A stretch of DNA of 49,450 nucleotides from Collinsella sp. Its GTDB lineage: Bacteria; Actinomycetota; Coriobacteriia; Coriobacteriales; Coriobacteriaceae. Positions 18,888-28,143 of this stretch are shown piece after piece. How positions within the stretch are numbered: the stretch's first letter is position 1; each line of letters starts with the position of its first letter. Both the position numbers and the translations under genes were made by a program. Location: the NCBI GenBank assembly GCA_022720335.1, contig JAIHVJ010000001.1:1-49450 (forward strand). The letters are read 5' to 3'. The notes beneath the pieces were generated by a model. It did not search any database and was not told where the DNA came from. It saw nothing but the letters and a program-made list of their open reading frames with translations.

Positions 18888-19253
18888 TTAGGATTCCTCG
18901 ATAATCTGTCGGCATGCCGCTGCAAGAGCGGGAAACTCTGATGTCACCGCGTCCCAAACCACGGCGCGATCGACGTTGCCGTAATCATGGGCAAGATAGT
19001 TACGCATCCCCACTATACCGCGCCACTCAATCTCGGGATGTAGTCGCTGCGCCTTCTCGGACAGCTTACCCGCCTCCTCCGTCACCCTGAGGGCACACAT
19101 AAGGAGAGAATCGGCGAGTGTCCTGGCCTTGATGTCATCCGCATGGAGGAACTCGTCTTCCGTCACACCGAACGCTTTGATTCTCTCGGTCGTCTCATCA
19201 ATCGCCTCGAGAATCTCCTGGGCGCGCAACGCATCTGATTTACGGGCGAACAT
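18888..19253 (-). CDS. HEPN (DUF86/HepT-like) ribonuclease toxin
   Basis: EWRGIVGMRNYLAHDY carries the R-X4-H RNase motif; start overlaps the upstream antitoxin stop. Confidence 0.88.
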   Translation of the reverse strand: MFARKSDALRAQEILEAIDETTERIKAFGVTEDEFLHADDIKARTLADSLLMCALRVTEEAGKLSEKAQRLHPEIEWRGIVGMRNYLAHDYGNVDRAVVWDAVTSEFPALAAACRQIIEES

Positions 19254-19728
19254 ACAGCACCACACCCTCCCTCTCGATGGCATGCGCAATGTCTTCTCGC
19301 AAGTGTTCGCTCGAAACGACGTCGACCTGCTTGCCTGTTGCCTCTTTGATCTCCTCCGCGAACGAGGAAAGAGCGAATAACCCAAATGTCGCATCGGAAT
19401 CGACCTCTATACGCAGGTCGATATCGCTATCGGTATTTGCGTCACGTCGAGCATACGAGCCGAACAACGTGACCGACCGAATCGCCTTTCGAGTACCCGC
19501 CGCGCGAGCAACGGCATCCCTGATTTCAGCAACGGTCAAAACGTCGGTCTTCGCCTCGTCCCGTTTGACTGAAAGAGAAGGGGTAAATGGAAGCGACCGC
19601 TCCCGCAGCATCTGACGCATGAACATGTTGACCGCCACGGAAGACGTCATGCCGAGCTCCTCGCAGAGCTCGGCAAACGATTCCTTAATTGATGCATCAA
19701 CACGGACGCTCAAAACTGAAGCACTCAT
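19240..19728 (-). CDS. RelB/DinJ RHH domain fused to a minimal nucleotidyltransferase (MNT) antitoxin
   Basis: N-terminal VLSVRVD..ELGMTSSVAVNMFMRQ..SLPF (RelB/DinJ); C-terminal LFGSYARRDANTDSDIDL (GS-X10-DXD). AGGAGG RBS. Confidence 0.85.
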   Translation of the reverse strand: MSASVLSVRVDASIKESFAELCEELGMTSSVAVNMFMRQMLRERSLPFTPSLSVKRDEAKTDVLTVAEIRDAVARAAGTRKAIRSVTLFGSYARRDANTDSDIDLRIEVDSDATFGLFALSSFAEEIKEATGKQVDVVSSEHLREDIAHAIEREGVVLYVRP

Positions 19729-19783
19729 CTTAGCCTCCTGTATGACAGTAGCTATACAATATCATACAGAGAAGCAAGATGAC

Positions 19784-19848
19784 TGGTGCAAAGGGGTCAG
19801 GTTTACATGCATCAACTTGGTGCAAACTAACCTGACTCCCATGCACCA
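19784..19848. repeat. Inverted pair of REP-like GGGGTCAGG hairpins
   Basis: TGGTGCAAAGGGGTCAGGTT..TGCATCA, followed by an inverted copy; related single copies at 18834-18866, 5794-5824 and 31331-31357. Confidence 0.6.
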
Positions 19849-19857
19849 AGGGAGCGA

Positions 19858-21807
19858 CTAGAGCTCGCAGGCGACCTTGTAGCCATCGCCGATGGCGTCG
19901 CGGATGTTGCCGCACTTGTTGGCGTCGCCCAGCACGTGGGTGGCAACGCCGGCAGCGGCAAGGTCGTCGGCCAGTTTGGTGTTGGGACGATAGCCCATGG
20001 CAAGCACCAGCGTATCGGCACCGGCGATGGTGTGGGCCTCGCCGTCCTTCTCGTAGCTGATAGTGTCCTCGGTAATCTCGGTCACCTTGGCCTCGGTCAG
20101 CACGTGAACGCCCTTGGAGAGCATGCGCGTGATGAGAACCGCGCGACCGGCACCACCCTCGTTGGCGGCGAGCGTCTTGGTCATCTCGATAACAGTGACA
20201 TCGCGGTTGGCCGGCGACAGGTCGTTGACCAGCGGGGCCAGGTAATCTGCCGTCTCGCAACCGACGGTGCCGCCGCCCACGATGACGATCTTCTTACCCG
20301 GGAAAGCCTTGCCGCCCAGCAGGTCGTCGGCCGTCATAACCTGCTTAAAGCCCTGCATGAAGGCCGGAGCGATGGGCTCGGCGCCATAAGCCAGGACAAC
20401 CTCGTAACCCGCGTAGTCGCGCTGAATGTCCTCGGCAGTAAGCTCGGTGCCAAATATGCACTTCACGCCCGCCTCGGCCAGGCGGCGATACTGGTACTTG
20501 ATCACGCGGGTGAGCTCCTGCTTTGCCGGCGGCACGGCCGCGATGCGCATCTCGCCACCCGGTTCGTCCTGTTTATCCACGAGCACCACGTTATGACCGC
20601 GCTTGGCGGCAATGTAGGCTGCCTCCATACCCGCAGGACCAGCACCCACAACGAGCACGTTCTTGGCCTCGGCGGCAGGCTCGTAGCCAGCCTCGTCGCG
20701 CTCCACGTCCGGGTTGACGGTGCAGGAGATGCGCTTGCCGAACATGATGCCGTTCAGGCAGCGCAGGCAACCGATGCAGGGGCGGATGTCGTCGGCGTTG
20801 CCGGCAGCAGCCTTGTTGCAGAACTCGGCATCGCACAGATTGGCGCGGCCCATCATGCAGATATCGGCAGCACCGTCCTCGATCAGCTCCTCGGCAATCC
20901 ATGCCTCGTTGATGCGGCCGACCGTGGCGACGGGAATGTTCACATGCTTCTTGATCTCACGCGAGCAGGCGGCATGCGAGGCCTGCTGCGTACCGGCGGC
21001 GGGAATCGCGGAGCCGCGCTTGATGGTAGTACCGCCCGACACGTGGATCATGTCGACGCCGGCTTTCTCCAGGCGACGCGAGACGTAGATCATGTCGTTG
21101 AGGGTCAGGCCGCCATCGGTGTACTCATCGCCCGAGATACGGACGTCGATGATGAAGTCCTTGCCGCAGCGCTCGCGAATCTCGGCGATGACCTCGAGCA
21201 AGAAGCGCATGCGGGCGTCGAGCGAGCCGCCGTACTCGTCGGTGCGTTTGTTGTAGAGCGGAGTCAAAAAGCCGCCGAGCATACCGTGGGCGTGCGCCGC
21301 ATGGACCTCGACGCCATCGACACCGGCCTTCTGCATACGCACGGCAGCGTCGCCAAACTGATGCGTGAGCTCGTGAATCTCATCGACCGTGATGGGGCGC
21401 GGCGCCTCGCGGGCATAGGACGGGCCCACAAAGGACGGAGCGATCAGGCGCGGCGTGCCCGGAATGTTAAAGGCCATGTAGGCGGGGTGGAAGAGCTGCG
21501 GCATGATCTTGCAGCCGTACTCGTGGACGGCTGCGGCGAGCTTTTCCCAGCCGGGGATAAACGTGTCGTCGTAGCAGCACATGTCACCCGGCAGATAGGT
21601 ATAGGTGGGCTCGACCGTCACGACCTCGGTAATGATGAGGCCCACGCCGCCCTTGGCGCGGGCACGGTAATGATCGACCAAGTCGTCGGTCACATAGCCG
21701 TGATCGGCCAGGTTGGTGGACACCGGCGGCATAAAGACGCGGTTCTTGACCTCGGTCGTACCGACCTTGATCGGGCTAAAGAGCATCGGGTAGGCGGATG
21801 ACTCCAT
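19858..21807 (-). CDS. NADH:flavin oxidoreductase (Old Yellow Enzyme TIM barrel + Fe-S + FAD/NAD domain; BaiH/FadH-like)
   Basis: LFSPIKVG..KNRVFMPP, NKRTDEYGGSL, CIGCLRC..C cluster motif, VVGAGPAG and IVGGGTVG Rossmann motifs. Confidence 0.9.
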   Translation of the reverse strand: MESSAYPMLFSPIKVGTTEVKNRVFMPPVSTNLADHGYVTDDLVDHYRARAKGGVGLIITEVVTVEPTYTYLPGDMCCYDDTFIPGWEKLAAAVHEYGCKIMPQLFHPAYMAFNIPGTPRLIAPSFVGPSYAREAPRPITVDEIHELTHQFGDAAVRMQKAGVDGVEVHAAHAHGMLGGFLTPLYNKRTDEYGGSLDARMRFLLEVIAEIRERCGKDFIIDVRISGDEYTDGGLTLNDMIYVSRRLEKAGVDMIHVSGGTTIKRGSAIPAAGTQQASHAACSREIKKHVNIPVATVGRINEAWIAEELIEDGAADICMMGRANLCDAEFCNKAAAGNADDIRPCIGCLRCLNGIMFGKRISCTVNPDVERDEAGYEPAAEAKNVLVVGAGPAGMEAAYIAAKRGHNVVLVDKQDEPGGEMRIAAVPPAKQELTRVIKYQYRRLAEAGVKCIFGTELTAEDIQRDYAGYEVVLAYGAEPIAPAFMQGFKQVMTADDLLGGKAFPGKKIVIVGGGTVGCETADYLAPLVNDLSPANRDVTVIEMTKTLAANEGGAGRAVLITRMLSKGVHVLTEAKVTEITEDTISYEKDGEAHTIAGADTLVLAMGYRPNTKLADDLAAAGVATHVLGDANKCGNIRDAIGDGYKVACEL

Positions 21808-21926
21808 ACAGGCTTCCTTTCGTTTGAGCCGCTCGGCGGCAGTTGCTAACGTACCTATCGTATCAGTATCCGCCGCATTCGCACTCGCTCGCACTCCCCC
21901 GCCTTTAATCCCGACCCTCACAAAAA

Positions 21927-21993
21927 AGTTGCGGTGGAATAGTTCCTGAATGAGGCGCTTGGGGCACCAAGCAGAAACTATTTCACCGCAACT
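21927..21993. repeat. 67-bp palindromic repeat, copy 4
   Basis: AGTTGCGGTGGAATAGTT ... AACTATTTCACCGCAACT. Confidence 0.85.
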
Positions 21994-22009
21994 GATGGGC
22001 GGGATGGAG

Positions 22010-23227
22010 TTAGAGGCCCAGATAGGTGGTCATGCCTTCGACGGCGAGCTTGGCGCCCGCCACGGCATGAACCACGGTGAGCGGGCCGTTAACCACGTCG
22101 CCGGCGGCAAAGACGCCAGGCACGGTGGTCATACCGCATTCATCGACCGAAAGAAGGCCGCGATGGTCGGTCTCCAGACCGCCCGTCGTAAGCACAAGCT
22201 TGTCCTTGGGCACTTGAGACGCCGCAATCACAACTGTGTCGGCAGACGCATGGTCGAGCTCTTCCTCGTAGCCCACCACGTTGTTGTCCTCGTCAAAGAT
22301 AGCCGTCTCGAACACCGGACCGTTATCATCGATGGCGCAGATCGCCTTGCCGCGCACAATCTCGGCACCGTCAAGCTCGGTCAACTCCACCTCGTCATCG
22401 ATGGCAGAGATGTGGCGCGACCGGGCGTACACGGTAACCTTGCGGGCACCCGAGCGAAGCGCCGTACGGGCCACATCCATGGCTACGTTGCCGGCACCGA
22501 TTACGGCCACGTTTTCGCCGATCGCCACGCTCGTGGGGTCAACGAGGTAGTCGATACCAAACAGCACGTTGCCGCGCGACTCGCCGGGAATACCAAGCTT
22601 GCGAGCGCGCCAGGTACCGGTACCAACAAAGACTGCATCGTAGCCGTCGCGCAGCAGGTCGTCAATGTGGAGCGCACCGCCGATGGTGGTCGAGGGGCGA
22701 ACGCGCACGCCGAGCGAGCACATCACGTGGCGGTACTTTTGCACGAGCGAGCGCGGCAGACGGAACTCGGGGATACCGTACTCCAGCACGCCGCCGATCT
22801 CGGGCCGCTGCTCAAAAACGGTGACGGCGCAACCCAGCTGCGCCATCTTAATGGCCACGGTCATGCCGGCAGGGCCGGAGCCGACCACGGCGACCTGTTT
22901 GCCGCACGACGGCACGGGTTTCCATTCTTTGCGGTCCAAATACGCCGTAGAGATATAGTTCTCGATGCTCGAAAAATGCACGGGCGCGCCCTTTCGGCCC
23001 TGGATGCACGCGCCCTCGCACTGGCCCGAATGGTTGCACACCATGGAGCAGACCGCACTCATCGGGTTATTCTGGAACAGCAGCTCGCCCGCCTCTTGCA
23101 GACGGCGCTGCTTAAAGAGGTCGATAACCTGCGGAATGGGCGTCTGCACCGGACAGCCCTTTATTTGACAGAACGCCTTTTTGCAGCCCAGACAGCGATT
23201 TGCTTCCTCAACGATGTGGATAGCCAC
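22010..23227 (-). CDS. GltD/NfnB-like Fe-S FAD NAD(P)-dependent oxidoreductase
   Basis: EANRCLGC..C..GCPV, VCSMVC..QCEGAC, VVGSGPAG, YGIPEFRLP, IGAGNVAMD, FAAGD; no gltB or nfnA partner adjacent. Confidence 0.85.
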   Translation of the reverse strand: MAIHIVEEANRCLGCKKAFCQIKGCPVQTPIPQVIDLFKQRRLQEAGELLFQNNPMSAVCSMVCNHSGQCEGACIQGRKGAPVHFSSIENYISTAYLDRKEWKPVPSCGKQVAVVGSGPAGMTVAIKMAQLGCAVTVFEQRPEIGGVLEYGIPEFRLPRSLVQKYRHVMCSLGVRVRPSTTIGGALHIDDLLRDGYDAVFVGTGTWRARKLGIPGESRGNVLFGIDYLVDPTSVAIGENVAVIGAGNVAMDVARTALRSGARKVTVYARSRHISAIDDEVELTELDGAEIVRGKAICAIDDNGPVFETAIFDEDNNVVGYEEELDHASADTVVIAASQVPKDKLVLTTGGLETDHRGLLSVDECGMTTVPGVFAAGDVVNGPLTVVHAVAGAKLAVEGMTTYLGL

Positions 23228-23431
23228 GCAATTCCCCTCTATCGACCTGGACGAAATCGGCTTCTTAAACCAATTTGCCCGAATTTATAACCATAGATAC
23301 GTCAACAGTGCGGAAAAGGGCACCGAAAAGCATCTCACAAACGCGCAGCAGCCCTTTCCTCGCACAGAACCACCATGCAGCCCCGTCATCGAGACCCAAA
23401 GATCCGCCACCCCTACGAATGGCGAGTCTCT

Positions 23432-24916
23432 CTACAGGCAGACGCCGTCTTTCCAGATGCTGATCTCGTGGCAGCCGCGGCGCTCGGCGCTCGTTAGCTT
23501 ACCGCTCGCCGTCTCCAACACCAGCTGGTACAGGTCGCGGGCAGCCTCGTCGAGTGTGCGCTCACCTGTGGCAATCACGCCGGCATTAAAGTCCATCCAG
23601 TTGGCCTTGTGGTCGCACAGACGCTGATTGGTGAACACCTTGAGCGTAGGCGCCGGCGCGCCAAACGGCGTGCCGCGGCCGGTCGAGAACAGAATCACGT
23701 GGCAGCCGGCTGCCGTCAACGCCGTGGTGGACACCATGTCGTTGCCCGGGCCGCACAGCATGTTCAGGCCATGCTTGGTGACCTGACCGGCATACGGCAG
23801 CACGTCGACGATGGGGGCAGATCCACCCTTTTGCACGCAGCCGCAACTCTTGTCCTCAAGCGTGGTGATGCCACCGTCCTTGTTACCGGGACTCGGGTTC
23901 TCGTAGACCACCTCACCGTGGCTGATAAAGTAATCCTTAAAACCGTTGAGCATGTCGGAGGCGGCGCTAAAGACCTGCTCGTTCTCGCAGCGATCGAGCA
24001 GGATACTCTCGGCGCCAAACATCTCGGGCACCTCGGTAAGCACCGACGTGCCGCCGCGGGCGACGACCATATCGCTCACGCGACCGATCGTGGGGTTGGC
24101 TGTAATGCCCGAAAGACCGTCAGAGCCGCCGCACTTAAGACCAATAACCAGCTCGGAGGCCGGAATGGGCTCACGCTTGGCCTGCTTGGCCAAGTCAGCC
24201 AGCTCGGACAGAATCTTGTGGCCCTCGATCTGCTCGTCGGCTACATCCTGGCAGGTGAGAAAACGAACGCGCTCGTGATCGAAGTCACCGAGCTCGTCGA
24301 GCACCTGCTGATGCGTGCAGTTCTCGCAACCGAGCGACAAGAACAGCACGCCCACAGCGTTTGCGTGACGCGACAGTGCCACCAGCAGACGACGGGTCTG
24401 GGCATGGTCGGCGCCGGTCTGTGAGCAACCGAACGGATGTGGGAAGTAATAAACGCCCTCCAACGAGCCCTCGACCAGGTCCTGAGCCTGCTCGCACATG
24501 GCACGAGCGACTTCGTTGACGCAACCGACGGTGGGAATGATCCACAGCTCATTGCGCGTGGCGGCACGACCGTCGGCACGGCGGAAGCCCATAAAAGTCT
24601 CGGCCTCGACCGGTTCAACGACCGGATGTGTCGGATTGTAGGTGTACTCGACCTCACCCGAGAGGTTGGTCTTCACGTTGTGCGTGTGCAGCCACTGGCC
24701 GGGCTGAATGTCCTTCGTCACGTGACCGATGGGAAGACCGTACTTGACGACATCCTCACCGGCTGCAATGGCGCGCACGGCCATCTTGTGGCCCTGCGGG
24801 ATATCCTCCGCGGCAACGACCTCGCCCACGCCGGGAACCTCGACGGCAGCACCCTTGGCGAGCGGCGACAGCGCAACGATGACGTTGTCGGCCGGATTGA
24901 TCTGGATAGTGTTCAT
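23432..24916 (-). CDS. uxaA: Altronate dehydratase
   Basis: SAF domain, IPTVGCVN, HPFGCSQ, GLKCGGSD, YENPSPGNKDGG, FSTGRGTP. Confidence 0.93.
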   Translation of the reverse strand: MNTIQINPADNVIVALSPLAKGAAVEVPGVGEVVAAEDIPQGHKMAVRAIAAGEDVVKYGLPIGHVTKDIQPGQWLHTHNVKTNLSGEVEYTYNPTHPVVEPVEAETFMGFRRADGRAATRNELWIIPTVGCVNEVARAMCEQAQDLVEGSLEGVYYFPHPFGCSQTGADHAQTRRLLVALSRHANAVGVLFLSLGCENCTHQQVLDELGDFDHERVRFLTCQDVADEQIEGHKILSELADLAKQAKREPIPASELVIGLKCGGSDGLSGITANPTIGRVSDMVVARGGTSVLTEVPEMFGAESILLDRCENEQVFSAASDMLNGFKDYFISHGEVVYENPSPGNKDGGITTLEDKSCGCVQKGGSAPIVDVLPYAGQVTKHGLNMLCGPGNDMVSTTALTAAGCHVILFSTGRGTPFGAPAPTLKVFTNQRLCDHKANWMDFNAGVIATGERTLDEAARDLYQLVLETASGKLTSAERRGCHEISIWKDGVCL

Positions 24917-24994
24917 TACAAAGAGTCCTAACCCTACAGGTTGAGCAGAAGTCGAGTGACGCCCGCCAGTTACCCGACGGGCGTACAGAAGGAT

Positions 24995-26509
24995 TTAGGC
25001 CTGAGCGTTCGCGAACGCCTGCTTGACGCCCTCGGAGCGCACGACGGCGAGAGCGTTGACGACAAACTCCTCCAGGCCGGCGATCTGCGTAAGATCCTCG
25101 CCCCACATTTGCTCGTTGGTGAGCACATCGTGCACCAGCTCGGCGTCGTCGGCGCCGGCGCGGGCGGCGTAGAAGTCGAGCACGAAGGCGTCGTCCTGAG
25201 CGGTGTACTCGGTGCCGTCGGAGCGACGCAGGTGCAGACCGTCGCCCTCGCGGGACACGAGCTCCTGCGTGTAGAAGGAGATGAGCGTGGCCAGGCTCGT
25301 CGCCAGGCACTTGGGCAGGTTGCCGGTCTCGGCAACGTAATCCTTGAGCGTGGGCAGGTCGCGGGCACGCCACTTAGCCGTGGAGTTGAGGCAGATGGAG
25401 AGCAGCGCGTGGTCGATAAACGGGTTGTCGAAGCGGTTCTCAACAGCGGCAGCAAAGGCCTTGCAGTCCTCGACATCCAGGTCGGCGGCGAGCGTTGGGA
25501 TGACCTCGTCGTAGAGCATGGTGTTCATGAAGCCACGAACAGTCTCGTCGTGCATGCAGTCGCGCACGATATCAAAGCCGGCAACCCAGGAACCCGGAAC
25601 AAAGGCGGTGTGGGCACCGTTGAGGATGCGGACCTTGCGCTTCTTGTACGGGGTGACATCGGGGGTCACAAAGACACCCGGCAGACCGGCCTTCACGAAA
25701 GGCAGACGCTCCTTGAGCGACTCGTCACCCTGGATACCCCACATCTGGAAGGGCTCACGCACGGCCAAGAACGGATCTTCATAGCCCAAGCGCTCGGCCA
25801 CGGCAGCGGCCTCCTTGGGATCGCGGATGCGGCCCGGAACGATGGTGTCGACGAGCGTGGTGCAGACGGTGCAGTCGCTGGCCATCCACTGCGAAAACTC
25901 GTCCTCCCAGCCCCAGTCGCTCACGTACTGGTTCATGATACGCAGCAGCTCCTCGCCGTTATGGTCGATGAGCTCGCAGGCGAGCACGATGACGCCCGGC
26001 TTGCCGGCAGCCCAGCGGGCATGGAGCACCTGGGCAAGCTTGGCAGGGAAGCTCGCGGGGGGCATGTCGTCGGCCTTGCAGGACGGATCGTAGGCGATAC
26101 CGGCCTCGGTGGTGTTGGAGACGATAATCTCCAGGCCGTCGGAAACGGCGACCTCCATCATGGCACGGTAGTCAGCCTCGCGATACGGATTGAGGCAACG
26201 GCTGCAGGCGCTGATCACGCGGGTATCGTCAACCGTGTCACCGTTCTCCTTGCCGCGCACCAGTACGGTGTACAGGCCATCCTGGGCATTGATACCATCG
26301 GCGAAATCGAAGGCGCCGCTGATGGGCTGCACCATGACGACCTTGCCGTTCCAACCGGTGGCCTCGTTGCCCATATCGAAGAAACGATCGACGAAGGCGC
26401 GCAGGAAATTGCCCTCGCCAAACTGCAGGACCTTCTCGGGGGCGTCCTTGGGCAGCACGTAGCCCTCGTAGCCGATCTTCTCGAGCGTCTCGTAGCTGAT
26501 GTTATTCAT
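24995..26509 (-). CDS. uxaB: Altronate oxidoreductase (tagaturonate reductase)
   Basis: LQFGEGNFLRAFVD, VSNTTEAGI, YKKRKVRILNGAHT, RFDNPFIDH. Confidence 0.93.
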   Translation of the reverse strand: MNNISYETLEKIGYEGYVLPKDAPEKVLQFGEGNFLRAFVDRFFDMGNEATGWNGKVVMVQPISGAFDFADGINAQDGLYTVLVRGKENGDTVDDTRVISACSRCLNPYREADYRAMMEVAVSDGLEIIVSNTTEAGIAYDPSCKADDMPPASFPAKLAQVLHARWAAGKPGVIVLACELIDHNGEELLRIMNQYVSDWGWEDEFSQWMASDCTVCTTLVDTIVPGRIRDPKEAAAVAERLGYEDPFLAVREPFQMWGIQGDESLKERLPFVKAGLPGVFVTPDVTPYKKRKVRILNGAHTAFVPGSWVAGFDIVRDCMHDETVRGFMNTMLYDEVIPTLAADLDVEDCKAFAAAVENRFDNPFIDHALLSICLNSTAKWRARDLPTLKDYVAETGNLPKCLATSLATLISFYTQELVSREGDGLHLRRSDGTEYTAQDDAFVLDFYAARAGADDAELVHDVLTNEQMWGEDLTQIAGLEEFVVNALAVVRSEGVKQAFANAQA

Positions 26510-26587
26510 AGAGGTTTTCCTCTCAACTCAAGTCCCGGTACGGCATCGCCGCACCGGGTTGCATTCATGATTTTTCAAGCAGCGGGG

Positions 26588-28093
26588 CTATTTATCGATC
26601 GTCTCGATAGTGCTCTCGCCGATCTTGCCGCGCTCCCAGCGACCATTCGACAGGTCGTTGGAAATGGAATTGAACTTCTTCTCGGTAATGTCGTAGAGAG
26701 CGAAGATGATCAAGGCTGCCACCAGAAGGGCGCAAGCGGGATAAATCGTCAGAGCGCCCTTGATGCCAAGCAGCGTGGCGGCCGTCTGGGGCTTATTTGC
26801 CACATATCCGGTAAGGGCAAGGATGCCGCCGGAAATGATCGCGGCAAGGGATTGCGCAAGCTTACGAGAAAAGTTGAACGCGGCGTAGGTCGTACCCTCC
26901 TTGCGGATTCCCGTGTGCCATTCACCGTAATCGATAACATCGGAAACCAGGTTCCAGGTGATACCGTTGGGGATGGCAAGTGCGACGTAGCCGATGGTGA
27001 CGAAGATGATGAACGTCACGGTATTGGTCGGCAGGATGAAGTTGAGGCCGTTTGCCACGGCACCGACGATAAAGCAGGCAACGCACGTGCGCTTCTTGCC
27101 AAAATGCTTGACGAGCGTCGGGATGGCGAGAATGGCGACAACCGACGTTCCGATCATGATGCCGTTGACAATGGGCTGCAACGCGATGTTACCCAGGTTG
27201 TACTGGCAGAAATACACCATCATGGTGTTGTTGGTGTTCATGGCCGAAATGGTAAACAGCGTAAGCAGGATAACTGCTCCCAGGTTCTTGTTGGTGAAAA
27301 CGACCTTGAAATACGTGCTGAATGCGCTCGACTTCTTGCCGGCCTTTCCCGCAGCCTTCTCCTCGGCCTGTCGATCGATACGGATATGCTCGCGCGTTCC
27401 CAAAAAGCAGATGGCGAATCCGGCGATGCCGCACAGTCCCATGACGACAGCTGCAATCGTATAGCCGTGCGGATTGCCGTCGAGCGTGTCGCCACCCGCA
27501 AAGAACAGGACCAATGGGATGAACGCTACGCCCGTGATGAGCTGTGCGCAAAGCGAACCGGCCTGGCGCGTTGACGCCATGTGCGCGCGGTCATCGACGT
27601 CACGCGTCATTACCGTGGCCAGAGATCCGTATGGCACGTTGGTGAAGCTGTATACGACGCCCCAGATCATGTAAGTTATCAGCGCATAGGCAATTTTACC
27701 TGCCATGGGAATATCGGGCGCAGTGAAGGTCACCACGGTTAGAACGGCAAGGATCACGGCCGAAACCATCATGACCGGACGAAACCGACCGTGCTTGCCA
27801 ATCTTCTTTCTACCGTCGACGAATGCACCGGCAATCGGGTCCATGAACGCATCGAAAATCTTGGTGACGGCGAAAATCAGGCTCACTACGCCTGGCGAAA
27901 TCAGACAGATGTCAGTGTAGAACTTGGTCAGATATGCTTGACCAAGATCGAACATGAATCCGTTGCCCAAATCGCCAAAGCCATAGCAGATTTTCTCACG
28001 CCAGCTCAGCTTGATATCCTGCGAGCTCTGCATCGATCCCGAATCCGCCTGAGCAGACACAATCTGCTCGTTTTTCTGTTGCCCTGTTCCCAT
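26588..28093 (-). CDS. GPH (glycoside-pentoside-hexuronide):cation symporter
   Basis: EKICYGFGDLG, IFDAFMDP, GRFRP, NVPYGSL, DYGEWHTGIRKEG; lies within the uxa operon. Confidence 0.9.
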   Translation of the reverse strand: MGTGQQKNEQIVSAQADSGSMQSSQDIKLSWREKICYGFGDLGNGFMFDLGQAYLTKFYTDICLISPGVVSLIFAVTKIFDAFMDPIAGAFVDGRKKIGKHGRFRPVMMVSAVILAVLTVVTFTAPDIPMAGKIAYALITYMIWGVVYSFTNVPYGSLATVMTRDVDDRAHMASTRQAGSLCAQLITGVAFIPLVLFFAGGDTLDGNPHGYTIAAVVMGLCGIAGFAICFLGTREHIRIDRQAEEKAAGKAGKKSSAFSTYFKVVFTNKNLGAVILLTLFTISAMNTNNTMMVYFCQYNLGNIALQPIVNGIMIGTSVVAILAIPTLVKHFGKKRTCVACFIVGAVANGLNFILPTNTVTFIIFVTIGYVALAIPNGITWNLVSDVIDYGEWHTGIRKEGTTYAAFNFSRKLAQSLAAIISGGILALTGYVANKPQTAATLLGIKGALTIYPACALLVAALIIFALYDITEKKFNSISNDLSNGRWERGKIGESTIETIDK

Positions 28094-28143
28094 ATGGTCC
28101 CTCCCCTTTGCAACCGATTTCACCAATCGGAACACATACAGAT

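Noticed and set aside
19858..21807. Bilirubin reductase (BilR) or a true bai operon gene
   Set aside because: Lacks the HGDR motif and no other bai genes are adjacent; only family-level similarity is supportable.
24941..27574. Very long antisense ORFs (877 aa here; also 1780-3858, 19936-21801, 31348-33642, 38410-40377, 41776-43983)
   Set aside because: They mirror well-supported genes on the opposite strand; stop-codon scarcity follows from GC-rich codon bias, and they show no recognisable motifs.
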